This document shows positions 24,704 through 36,940 of a stretch of 64,000 nucleotides of DNA, in pieces. Source of the stretch: Haliotis cracherodii (taxonomy: Eukaryota); assembly GCF_022045235.1 (NCBI RefSeq), contig NW_027266280.1, forward strand, positions 2,232,001 through 2,296,000. Reading direction: 5' to 3'. The position numbers were made by a program, and so were the translations under genes. The notes below the pieces were generated by a model. That model was not told where the DNA came from. It worked only from the letters and a program-made list of their open reading frames with translations, and did not search any database. Each line of letters opens with the position of its first letter. The stretch's first letter is position 1.

Positions 24704-27285
24704 ATTGTCAATCACATGTTCCCCTTATACAGATCGCTGTGTTTGTCAATCACATGTTCACATTAAACAGATCAGTGTCATTGTTTGTTTGTTTGTTTGT
24801 TTGTCTGCTTGTTGTGTAACGCCGTACTCAGCAATATTCCAGCTATGTGACAGCCGTCTGTACATAATCGAATCTGGACCAGACAATCCAGTGATTGACT
24901 TCATGAGCATCGATCCATGCAATTTGGACGCAATGACATGCATCAACCAAGTCAGCGAGTCTGACCATCCGATCCCGTTAGTCGCCTCTTACGAAAAACA
25001 TAGTCGCCAGTTTATTGTTAATTACGTGTTCCCCTAATGTAGATCTCTGTTCAAGTGTTCATTTTATACAGATCAGTGTCATTGTCAATCACGTGTTGCC
25101 CTTGTATAGATCTGTGTCATTGTCAATCACGTGTTCCCAAATACAGATCGGTGTCATTGTAAATCACATGTTCCCCTTTTATAGATCAGTGTCATTGTCA
25201 ATCACGTGTTCCCCTTGTACAGATCGGTGTCATTGTCAATCACATGTTCCCCTTGTATAGATCAGTGTCATTGTCAATCACGTGTTCCCCTTGTATAGAT
25301 CAGTGTCATTGTCAAACACATGTTCCCCTTTTATAGATCAGTGTCATTGTTAATCACGTGTTCCCTTGTATAGATCGTTGTCATTGTCAATCACATGTTC
25401 CCCTTTTATAGATCAGTGTCATTGTCAATCACATGTTCCCCTTTTATAGATCAGTGTCATTGTCAATCACGTGTTCCCCAAATATAAATCGGTGTCATTG
25501 TAAATCACGTGTTCCCCTTGTATAGATCAGTGTCATTGTCAAACACATGTTCCCCTTTTATAGATCAGTGTCATTGTTAATCACGTGTTCCCCTTGTATA
25601 GATCAGTGTCATTGTCAAACACATGTTCCCCTTTTATAGATCAGTGTCATTGTCAATCACGTGTTCCCCTTGTACAGATCGGTGTCATTGTCAATCACAT
25701 GTTCCCATTGTATAGATCAGTGTCATTGTCAATCACGTGTTCCCCTTGTACAGATCGGTGTCATTGTCAATCACATGTTCCCCTTGTATAGATCAGTGTC
25801 ATTGTCAATCACGTGTTCCCCTTGTATAGATCAGTGTCATTGTCAATCACATGTTCCCCTTTTATAGATCGGTGTCATTGTAAATCACATGTTCCCCTTT
25901 TATAGATCAGTGTCATTGTCAATCACGTGTTCCCCTTTTATAGATCAATGTCATTGTCAATCACGTGTTCCCCTTGTATAGATCTGTGTCATTGTCAATC
26001 ACATGTTCCCCTTGTATAGATCAGTGTCATTGTCAATCACGTGTTCCCCTTGTATAGATCGGTGTCATTGTCAATCACGTGTTCCCCTTGTATAGATCGG
26101 TGTCATTGTCAATCACGTGTTCCCCTTGTATAGATAGGTGTCATTGTCAATCACGTGTTCCCCAAATATAGATCGGTGTCATTGTCAATCACGTGTTCCC
26201 CTTGTATAGATCAGTGTCATTGTCAATCACGTGTTCCCCTTGTATAGATCAGTGTCATTGTCAATCACATGTTCCCCTTTTATAGATCAGTGTCATTGTC
26301 AATCACGTGTTCCCCTTGTATAGATCGGTGTCATTGTCAATCACGTGTTCCCCTTGTATAGATCGGTGTCATTGTCAATCACGTGTTCCCCTTGTATAGA
26401 TCAGTGTCATTGTCAATCACATGTTCCCCTTTTATAGATCAGTGTCATTGTCAATCACGTGTTCCCCTTGTATAGATCGGTGTCATTGTCAATCACGTGT
26501 TCCCCAAATATAGATCGGTGTCACTGTCAATCACGTGTTCCCCAAATATAGATCGTGTCACTGCCAATCACGTGTTACCCAAATATAGATCAGTGTCAGT
26601 GTCAATCACGTGTTCCCCTTGTATAGATCAGTTTCATTGTCAATCACATGTTCCCCTTTTATAGATCAGTGTCATTGTCAATCACGTGTTCCCCTTGTAT
26701 AGATCAGTGTCATTGTCAATCACGTGTTCCCCTTGTATAGATCAGTGTCATTGTCAATCACGTGTTCCCCTTGTATAGATCAGTGTCATTGTCAATCACA
26801 TGTTCCCCTTTTATAGATCAGTGTCATTGTCAATCACGTGTTCCCCTTGTATAGATCAGTGTCATTGTCAATCACGTGTTCCCCTTGTATAGATCAGTGT
26901 CATTGTCAATCACGTGTTCCCCTTGTATAGATCAGTGTCATTGTCAATCACGTGTTCCCCTTTTATAGATCAGTGTCATTGTCAATCATGTGTTCCCCTT
27001 GTATAGATCGGTGTCATTGTCAATCACGTGTTCCCCAAATACAGATCGGTGTCATTGTCAATCACGTGTTCCCCAAATATAGATCGTGTCACTGCCAATC
27101 ACGTGTTACCCAAATATAGATCGGTGTCATTGTCAATCACGGGTTCCCCTAACATAGATCGTTGTCATTGTCAATCACGTGTTCCCCTTGTATAGATCGT
27201 TGTCATTGTCAATCACGTGTTACCCTGATATAGATCGGTGTCACTGTCAAACACGTGTTCCCCTTGTATAGATCGGTGTGATTGT
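24704..27285. repeat. 38-bp minisatellite (~60 copies) with a family B SINE (24785-25005, minus) inserted near its left edge
   Basis: Unit ATAGATCAGTGTCATTGTCAATCACGTGTTCCCCTTGT; degenerate units lie on both sides of the SINE. Confidence 0.95.
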
Positions 27286-27344
27286 GTTCAAGTGTTCATT
27301 TCATGCAGATCAGTATAGATCCTGGAAAGACAAATGTAAATGGG

Positions 27345-29370
27345 TTACACACAGACAAACACTCACACACAGACAAACACACTCACACACAGACACACAC
27401 ACTCACACACAGACAAACACACTCACACACAGACACACTCACACACAGACAAACACACTCACACACAGACAAACACACTCACACACAGACAAACACAAGA
27501 ACTCTCACAAACGGACACAGACAAACACACTCACACACAGACAAACACACTCACACACAGACGAACACTCACACACAGACAAACACAAGAACTCTCACAA
27601 ACGGACACAGACAAACACACACACACGGACAAACACACTCACACACAGACAAACACACTCACACACAGACACACTCACACACGGACAAACACACTCATAC
27701 ACAGACACACTCACACACGGACAAACACACTCACACACAGAAAAACACACTCACACACAGACAAACACACTCACACACAGACAAACACACTCACACACAG
27801 ACAAACACTCACACACAGACACACTCACACACAGACAAACACAAGAACTCTCACACACAGACACACTCACACACAGACAAACACACTCACACACAGACAA
27901 ACACACACACACACAGACAGACAAACACAAGAACTCTCACACACAGACACACTCACACACAGACAAACACACTCACACACAGACAAACACACAGACACAC
28001 ACACACAGACAAACAGATGAACTCTCACACACGGACACACTCATACACAGACAAACACACTCACACACAGACAAACACACTCACACACGGACACACTCAC
28101 ACACAGACAAACACACGGACACAGACACAAATACTCACACTCACAGACACACACACACCCACACAGATGCATACATATACACATATAAACACACAAACAG
28201 ACACAAATAAACATACATACACACACATACATATACACACATATACAACACACATACACATATATACGCACACAGAAACATATACACTCACACACACAGA
28301 CACACATATACACACAGATACAGGAACAGACACACATGCACGCAGACGATCGCACGCAGACATGCAAACATAGACACGCACAGACATTCATATGTACAGT
28401 CACACATACACAAAAACACAGGCATTTACACACAGACACGCGTAGAACACAGNNNNNNNNNNNNNNNNNNNNNNNNNNNNNNNNNNNNNNNNNNNNNNNN
28501 NNNNNNNNNNNNNNNNNNNNNNNNNNNNNNNNNNNNNNNNNNNNNNNNNNNNNNNNNNNNNNNNNNNNNNNNNNNNNNNNNNNNNNNNNNNNNNNNNNNN
28601 NNNNNNNNNNNNNNNNNNNNNNNNNNNNNNNNNNNNNNNNNNNNNNNNNNNNNNNNNNNNNNNNNNNNNNNNNNNNNNNNNNNNNNNNNNNNNNNNNNNN
28701 NNNNNNNNNNNNNNTAAACACAGACACACAAACACAGAAAAACAAACACATACACACAAACACAGACACATACACACAGAACACATACACATAAACACAG
28801 ACACATAAACACAGACACACAAACACAGAAAAACAAACACATACACACAAACACAGACACATACACACAGAACACATACACATAAACACAGACACACAAA
28901 CACAGACACACAAACACAGACACATACACACAGAACACATACACACAGANNNNNNNNNNNNNNNNNNNNNNNNNNNNNNNNNNNNNNNNNNNNNNNNNNN
29001 NNNNNNNNNNNNNNNNNNNNNNNNNNNNNNNNNNNNNNNNNNNNNNNNNNNNNNNNNNNNNNNNNNNNNNNNNNNNNNNNNNNNNNNNNNNNNNNNNNNN
29101 NNNNNNNNNNNNNNNNNNNNNNACATACACACAGAAACATTTACACACACACACCAATACAGACGCACATGCACCAGCAGACTTACACCGACACACACAC
29201 AGACACATATTCACAGACACATAACCACATACAAACACACATACACATACATACACACAGAGGCAAACACGCACATACACACACAGAACAAACACACACC
29301 CCCCCCCCCACACACACACACACACCCCACCCCACACACACACACACCCCACCCCTCCCCCCCACCCCAC
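27345..29370. repeat. CA-rich compound microsatellite containing two assembly gaps (28453-28714, 28950-29122)
   Basis: (ACACAGACAAACACACTC)n-type units and N runs. Confidence 0.95.
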
Positions 29371-30172
29371 TAGGCTACCCGACCGCCCCCCGGACTGACT
29401 GGAGGTGTAGCAATAGTGAACTGTATATGAATAGAGGTCATTCTCAAGATCACAAGACTCGGCAAGCAGGTTAAGGGTTAAAGTTCACAAAGTGGTATCA
29501 GAACGAAGGGTACAGCTTGTCACAGTAGCTCCAGCGCCTCCTGAAACTTCAGTCTATTAGGACATCACTAACCGCATATCTCGACATTCTCCACCGCATC
29601 TCGACTGCATCTCGACATTCAAAGGCTGCAATATCTATTTGGGACTCCGGTCAGTACGTGTTTAAACTGATCGCTCTCCTGACATACTCCGCTGTTGCCT
29701 GCGTCAGATACAAGAAATACCAGTCCAGGACTTCGCTTCACGGCTGTAGATAACTCTTGGCACAAGGTCAATGTTGTTCTTAGCTGGCAATATTAGACTA
29801 CGCAAAGACGTATGTATGTACGTCCGTGGACTACGTTACTGCATGAGGAAAATTTGATATATTGTAGAAATTAAATATATACATACATTTGTGTATTGAC
29901 TTTGAAACCATTTTAACAGTTTTCCTTTTTGGTCTGATCTGTTTTTTATCGAATGAGTTCTTACTTTTCAGAAATGAAATACTGATTGCCTGCTGTCTTA
30001 ATATATAAACTAGACCATGAAACAGGTTGGTTCTTCATGTGTTTCCATTACTCACGTTGCTCTTGCTTAAAGACATTTGATGTGATGGGCGCAAATATAC
30101 CTCTAAGGGTCCAAGTCGCCCTTTAACCCCAAAACCATACCATAACATACCAATGTTGTTCACAGTGGAACA

Positions 30173-30322
30173 GGGCGGTCGGGTAGCCTCGTGGTTAAAG
30201 CATTCTCTCGTCACACCGAAAACCCTGGTTCGATTCCCGACATGGGTACAATGTGTGAAACCCATTTCTGGTGTCCCCCGCTGGAATATTGCTAAATTCG
30301 GCGTTAAACCATACTCACTCAC
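30173..30322 (+). mobile_element. SINE family A
   Basis: GGGCGGTCGGGTAGCC...GGTTCGATTCCCGACATGGG...GGCGTTAAACCATACTCACTC. Confidence 0.85.
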
Positions 30323-30527
30323 CCACAATGGTACATGTAACACACTACCAAATGTTTTCCCACAGACTTCGATAGTAACGTAATATTTTATAAAAAATGA
30401 CTAAGCATTCAACAGCTATTACACAGTTGGGCCTTAAAGCGGCAAGAGTGAGTGAGTGAGTGAGTGATGATGGTACTTGTTAATCTGCCTGGCGCTCGGG
30501 ATTAAGTTACTAAAACAAGAACTCGTC

Positions 30528-30871
30528 GGCTTGGAGGCAGTATACTGTGTCTGAGTGGGGTATTCATGTTGGACTGGTCGGCTTGGAGGCAGTATACTGT
30601 GTCGGAGTGGGGTATTCATGTTGGACTGGTCGGCTTGGAGTCAGTATACTGTGTCTGAGTGGAGTATTCATGTTGGACTGGTCGACTTGGAGTCAGTATA
30701 CTGTGTCTGAGTGGAGTATTCATGTTGGACTGGTCGGCTCGGAGTCAGTTTACTGTGTCTGAGTGGAGTATTCATGTTGGACTGGTCGGCTTGGAGTCAG
30801 TATACTGTGTCTGAGTGGATTATTCATGTTGGACTGATCGGCTCGGAGTCAGTATACTGTGTCTGAGTGGA
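30528..30871. repeat. 52-bp minisatellite (~6.5 copies) derived from the SINE family D core
   Basis: Unit GGCTTGGAGTCAGTATACTGTGTCTGAGTGGAGTATTCATGTTGGACTGGTC, preceded by SINE D body sequence from ~30468. Confidence 0.9.
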
Positions 30872-31104
30872 TACCGGGACCAAAAATAAGTTCCCACAAC
30901 TCGCAAAAGCTGTTACAGATGACGATGATGAGGTTCAGGCACACGACTGATTGTTATTTTGTGGATCGCATCTCATGCCATCAACCCCTGGTTTGTCGGG
31001 GCCAGACTCGATCTTTTATTGGCCGCTGTACACCAGTTGTAATATATGCTGTACAATGCATTCACTCACCTGTGTTTCTGTTTGAAACAGGTAACTGACG
31101 AGCC

Positions 31105-32628
31105 ATGATGCTTCGACTACGGTCTACAGCCACTCCTCTGCTGTTGATGATGACTGCTGCGACGCTGGACGCTGCTACCATCCTCTTCCTCTTCTTCCCC
31201 GAGTACAGTCACATCCGGGGCTCTCTGCCAGTGGCTGCGGAGCTGGCTGCACGAGGTCACGTGGTCTGGAATGCTCTTCCGTCATATCTAGCCAATCATG
31301 AAGGCCTTCAAGCATCGGGCGTCAATATCCTCCAATACAAATCAGTGGATGGTTATGACATTGAGGCGGACATATTTGACAAGACTATTACTGGATTCTT
31401 TGAGCAAGACAGAGCTCCTGTCCTTTTTGAAGAATTTAAGAAAATATGTGACATGATATTACGTGACACGAACCTGTTTCGTGCGATTGGGAAACTAAAT
31501 TTGGATTTGATAGTATTTGATTCTACACCGTTACCAAGAATGCTGACCATTATCGCCTATAAGCTTGAAGTGCCGTTTATTTTCTTTGGTGCCTTCTTTG
31601 ACGTCCAGGCTAGCCGTACACCGTTGGCACTAGCGAGTGACCCGAGTCGTGGTTTACCTGCGACAACTGTTATGAGCTTCGGGTATCGTGTGTTAAATAC
31701 CGTTGTACATGCTATGTATTTTATCAGTGACCCCTTCTCGTACCCCCACGCTGTGGCTACATACGCATCCGAGAAGCCTTATATCACCATGGAAGCACTC
31801 ACAGCTAAAGGCTGGCTGTGGTTAATTGCACAAGAGCCTCTTTTTGAATACCCGAAAGCTACGCTGCCGAGCGTGAAGTTTGTTGGTTCGACATCAGAAA
31901 CCGACCCCAAACCTTTACCTGAGCCGTACCTCAAGTTCATGGAGAAAGGGGGCGAAACGACGGTCATAGTATCATTCGGAAGCAAATTTAAACTTTTACC
32001 AGACAAAATATTTCAACTCCTATTGGATGCATTTGCTCGAACAAAGTATAACTATATTTTTAAAACAACTACAAAAATCAAAACTGCTCCTAATATCATG
32101 TTAGTTGACTGGATGCCGCAGTCGGATCTACTCGCCCACCCAAACATTAAATTGTTTATAACCCATTGCGGGGCCAATGGTCAAAACGAGGCTTTCTTGC
32201 ACGGGGTTCCCATGATTGGTTTCCCCATGTTTGCTGAGCAGCCCTATAATGCCAAGAAGTTAGGTTACTTTGGATTCGGTATCGAGATGGATTTGAAAAC
32301 GTTTACTGTTGATGACTTGGTGTCCAACATCAATGAGGTCATTCAAAACTCTTCCTACTCACAGAAAATCAAAAAAGCTGCGGAAATCACCAAGCTCCGA
32401 AAAAGAAGTCCCAAAGATGAAGCTGTTTACTGGATAGAACACGTGCTCAAATATGGCGGCGCCCATCTGAGGTCGTATTGTCAGGACATGCCGTTGTATC
32501 AGTATTTGTGTCTGGACGTCATCGGGCTTGTCGTGTTCTTCCTCCATGTGTGTATTTTCCTTATATGGAAGTCGTGCGGCTACTGTTTTAGAACTATTGT
32601 TCACAGACCAAAAGAAAAACGTGTCTAA
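31105..32628 (+). CDS. UDP-glycosyltransferase, copy 3, 507 aa
   Basis: Acceptor tgtttctgtttgaaacag at 31090; GCCATG context. Signal peptide, SHI, LDLIVFD, PMFAEQ, TM helix, KEKRV. Confidence 0.97.
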   Translation: MMLRLRSTATPLLLMMTAATLDAATILFLFFPEYSHIRGSLPVAAELAARGHVVWNALPSYLANHEGLQASGVNILQYKSVDGYDIEADIFDKTITGFFEQDRAPVLFEEFKKICDMILRDTNLFRAIGKLNLDLIVFDSTPLPRMLTIIAYKLEVPFIFFGAFFDVQASRTPLALASDPSRGLPATTVMSFGYRVLNTVVHAMYFISDPFSYPHAVATYASEKPYITMEALTAKGWLWLIAQEPLFEYPKATLPSVKFVGSTSETDPKPLPEPYLKFMEKGGETTVIVSFGSKFKLLPDKIFQLLLDAFARTKYNYIFKTTTKIKTAPNIMLVDWMPQSDLLAHPNIKLFITHCGANGQNEAFLHGVPMIGFPMFAEQPYNAKKLGYFGFGIEMDLKTFTVDDLVSNINEVIQNSSYSQKIKKAAEITKLRKRSPKDEAVYWIEHVLKYGGAHLRSYCQDMPLYQYLCLDVIGLVVFFLHVCIFLIWKSCGYCFRTIVHRPKEKRV

Positions 32629-33622
32629 CTTGTTAGATTACCAGTTATAAGGCGCATGTTTTGAAAGGTGAAAGTGTGCGATTGTTGACGTAAAGATACA
32701 ATTGACTTGGCTAAAAAGACATCTTGAAAATCTCCGACAATAGGGCGAAACATTCCTCTAACCACGACCGCTGATCTGTATTTTCTGATAATTTTAATGT
32801 GAAGTTTACCCGGTATACAGCTTTCCATTGGACGGAATTGGACAATTTGACGTTCATACATTTTTCTCGAGACTATATTCTTGAAATAATGTAAACACTG
32901 AAGTACTGCATACACATTCCTTGGAGAACCCCTAGGAATTCCCTTGCACGAATATATAGAGACGCGTTTTCTGATCATTTAGACCCTTTAATCTTGAACT
33001 CGATGTTTTAGCATACATTGAGAAACGTCAGAGACTTTGACTGCATGCCCGTTCACGAATATCCCCGCTGCGACCCATCTTCGTGAACACAACGAAGAAA
33101 TGCACATCAATACAATCGTAGTATCGACTCGTTCCGGGTCTAGGCTGACAGTGACAGTCTTCAGTAATCTATAAATTTATCTTAGTATCTATTTGGCACA
33201 TCTTTACAACCACCTTTCAATGATCAGCCAATTGATCAATGATGACTAAGACTTGTAACCGGCCACTTTGACGTCTTGTACTTGGTGTAAATGTATTACG
33301 ACGAGATGTCCTTGTTGCAGACTTACTGAGGTAGTTCTTAACCGACCTTCTCATCCTATAATGATACATTTGAATACATTTGTTGTAAATAAACTACAAC
33401 AGATGCTCCTGTAGTGCAAGTTGAGCATCCATACGCTCATGTCAGCTCTCGTTTTGAGGAACTATGTTATCCGCGGTACTTCTGGTTGTTGTATAAATGT
33501 CAGTGTGAACATTAAGTCTCACGCACCACTTTAGATAACACTGTGTAAAGATCCAGCTCTCAATGGTGATACAGAACATGATAAGAACTTACCTCCACTT
33601 TGTGTGAGTTCATTGGAGTATT

Positions 33623-33784
33623 GGGGCGGTCGGGTAGCCTAAAGGTTCAAGCGTTCGCTCGTCACGCCGAAGACCCAGGTTCGATTCCCGACATGGGTAC
33701 AATGTGTGAAGCCCATTTCTGGTGTCCCTCGGCGTGATATTGATGGAATATTGCTAAAAGCGGGGTAAAACCTCACTCACTCAC
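33623..33784 (+). mobile_element. SINE family A with a 12-bp TSD
   Basis: TCATTGGAGTAT at 33610-33621 and 33785-33796. Confidence 0.9.
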
Positions 33785-35438
33785 TCATTGGAGTATGAAC
33801 CTTCTTAGAGCGAGGGCCAAACTGTATGAACGTCGGAGCTTGCAAGTGTGGCAGTGTCATTTCAATAATTTATCTGTATATATATGGTATTGGTTTTAGA
33901 CGGTGTAATTGGTGTATTTTATTAGATCATGTACGGTACAAGTTTCCAGCCTGATTGCTCCAAGCTGAACTTGGGCTGGCAAGTTCTTTTGTTTATTGTG
34001 AGGGGCGAGAGTATTCTTTTGTCTTGCTTTTAGAGGGCAAGCTTCTATACTAACACAAGCACTAAGTCAGTCTACTATATACAGCTCTCTCTAGACAGTC
34101 ACGACATGAGAGTCATATTTTGACACGTATTGTGCCCAGGACTTTCACAGCTTCATCTTCACTATAAATCTCCAAAGTTTAGTTTTAATACTAGATTATA
34201 AACATTATGTAGGATGTAATATTTGTTTTAGTACAGCATGTATAATTTAAACATTATTTTAGTGTAGATATACTTGTGTGATTTGAGTGTATGAATGTAA
34301 TTTATGTCATAAGTACAGTAACGATAATAAACACTCCATTCATGTTTATGATTCTCTGATGTAATGTACTATAATATGTTTTTATGATAAAGGCGACAGA
34401 TATAAGTATTTGTGTCCGCCATATTGTTTGCCATGAGAAATGTGTGTTGTTTATAATCATGAGCATATTACAGCACAGGTAATGTGTATATTTATGTAGG
34501 TTTATCTATGACATTCTATTTGAGATAATGTTGGTAGTAGGTTTAGATTGAATTAATATGGCAGTAGATTACTATGTATATTATTTTATGATATTTATAT
34601 TTAAGTTAGAATGACATGTGTATGTTATTTATAGATGGATCTGAGTGACGAGTGATTTGGCCTACTATCACCTGAGTGCCATACATTCGGTAGGCATAGT
34701 AATTTAGTTATTCAGGGTTTATATTTCATGTATGTATTATATACATCTTGTATATTCAAGTGCATTGATGCAGTTGAAGTAATATGGAAACCATCATATA
34801 ATATTGTGGTGAATGCATTTTAATTATTATATAAATAACGGTGATAAGTGCAATGTTTTAATGAGTATAATTATTTATTTATTATTTGTTCAGTTATGTT
34901 CCAGGGTGAATATTGGTATGGAAAATAAACTTGTGGCTTTTTGGTCGCAACTCCCCCCAGCAGGCGTTGGTCTTAACTGTGATATTTGCACCACCCTAAC
35001 CTGCTACACAAGTACATTTAATACATGTATTCATTTAGCATACAGACCAACGACTGCTTGTAACGCCGCACTCAGCAATGTTCCAGATGTTCGACGACGA
35101 CGACAATCCTCTGATTGATATTTTGAAGAACGCTATGAACGAAGTCAGCATACCCGATCCATCACGACCAGGAATCAGCAGCTCAAAAACCAATTAGTAA
35201 TGTAAAGGCAACATTTGCGAGCTAAGGTAATGACTTCCGGCCTATATTCATTTGTAATACCTTTCAACAATTCCTGTATACCTCGTGTCTCTCATGCAAC
35301 ATTGCCTTGGACATTGGTGACATACGAATCGAAACAAACTTCTCTTTATGTTTCTATGGTTCGCGTTTCTTTTGGCGGTGAGTATATATTTGTTGTGACA
35401 TAGACGTGCTTAAAACTGTTACACCGATATGTACGTAC

Positions 35439-35548
35439 AGGGGAATGTCCGAGTAACTCTCCATTCCTTAAAAATAATTGAGCAGAGGCCCCGCAAGGGC
35501 CGAGACCCATTAATTTTAAGGAATGGAAAGTTACGAGGATATTCCCCT
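35439..35548. repeat. 110-bp inverted repeat (hairpin)
   Basis: About 40-bp arms AGGGGAATGTCC...AAAAATAAT and ATTAATTTT...GGATATTCCCCT around GGCCC-CGCAA-GGGCC. Confidence 0.85.
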
Positions 35549-35827
35549 ACTTAAAACTCATCCCTACTTTTAAACTTTGACAAAATATTCTGTAGTTGGA
35601 ATATTTTGAAAATAAACCAGAACTCTTTGTTGTCTGTGAAATTATGAAATTTTGTAATAGTTAATTTCACATCATGCCTTTATGTGCCGCAGTAACTGAG
35701 ATTGACAATTACACGTTTTCAAATATAGCGATGTGGGTTTGAACCCCGCTGGCGACACATGTTTTCGGAAAAAAATGAAATTATTCACTTGTAAATAAAT
35801 GCAAAGAATAGTTTCCGTCTGTTCCAA

Positions 35828-36013
35828 GCTGGGTTCGAATCCCGGTTCACCCCAATTATGTTTCTAGGTTTGTCAGCACCATACCCGTGCTCGTGGCTTT
35901 CCCGAAGTGGTAAACGTCTGAGACCTGCATCGCTTCGGGCTTTCCTCCCACATTAAGCTGACACGCCGCGATTTAACTGTTAAAAGCGGGTTAAACCCAA
36001 CTCACTCACTCAC
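35828..36013 (+). mobile_element. SINE family C, 5'-truncated
   Basis: GGGTTCGAATCCCGGTTCACC...ATTATGTTTCTAGGTTTGTCAGCACC...(ACTC)n. Confidence 0.85.
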
Positions 36014-36589
36014 TTGTGAATTAGTCACGTGACACCGCCCGCGAGTCTCTTCTTAAGTTGTATTTGAGCCAGGTGATTATATGTTTTTTTTAAAATGTTT
36101 CTTCACAAGAGTCAGTTTTGTTCATTTCTGGATACATATTTTGAGCAAAAGTAAAACGAGATGCGATCACGTGCGCGCTATAACGGGGAGTTAGCGATAA
36201 TTAGTCCTCGGCGATAACTGGTCGCTGACCAGTACATAGTGTGAGTGCGTGGTGGTTTTGAAACTGTCCCTATCTGTGACGGCGAGGCTCGAGTTTTCAT
36301 CAAGAGATCGCGGAGGGAGTGCAAGGGTCGCCTGGGTGAGTGCGCTGGAGGGCTGCCAAGATCTTTGTATGCTTGTCCTTGATTGGCTAGTGCAGGGGAT
36401 CCATGTGCTGTTTTTCTGATTCTGTAAAACATGTTGAGAACAATACCGAGGGTACATCCAAGTACGTACTCACGTTTTTGTCCTCGGTCTAGCCGCGATT
36501 GGTTCCTCCAGTCAAAGCACTGTCAGGTCATGTCCTGACTGTAGGACCCCATTTGGGCTCTCGGCTATCCTCGGTCCAGCGAGTGAGGG

Positions 36590-36940
36590 AGGGAGGGGCC
36601 ACTCTTAGTAATGTAACAGCAATTTCACGGCGGGGGACACCAGAAATGTTGTACCCATGTAGGGAATCGAACCCGGATCTCGGCGTGACGAGCGAACGCT
36701 TAATCCACGAGGCTACCACACCGCCCGGCATCATTAGACAGCACAACATGGTGTGTACACTTTTAGAAGGATAACATAATTGTTGTAACGTCATAGGTGT
36801 GGACAAACAGGGTCGCTGAGGTGGCCTAGTGATCAACGCATTTGTTCGGCCCGGGTTCCCACATAAGTGCAAATTGTGAAGCACATTTCCGATGTTATCC
36901 CGTCGTGATATTGCTGTAATGTTACAGAAACCGGCGTTTA
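36590..36940. mobile_element. Two degenerate SINE family A copies (minus ~36590-36727, plus ~36811-36940)
   Basis: GGGGACACCAGAAATG...GGCGTGACGAGCGAACGC; GGTGGCCTAGTGATC...CGTGATATTGCTG. Confidence 0.7.

Noticed and set aside
27278-29474. His/Thr- and Val/Cys-rich ORFs
   Set aside because: Translations of a CA microsatellite and N gaps.
32625-33550. Possible coding remnant downstream of UGT copy 3
   Set aside because: No recognisable motif and short frames only.
33623-33700. tRNA gene
   Set aside because: The tRNA-like A/B boxes continue into a SINE body and tail with a TSD, and there is no acceptor stem.
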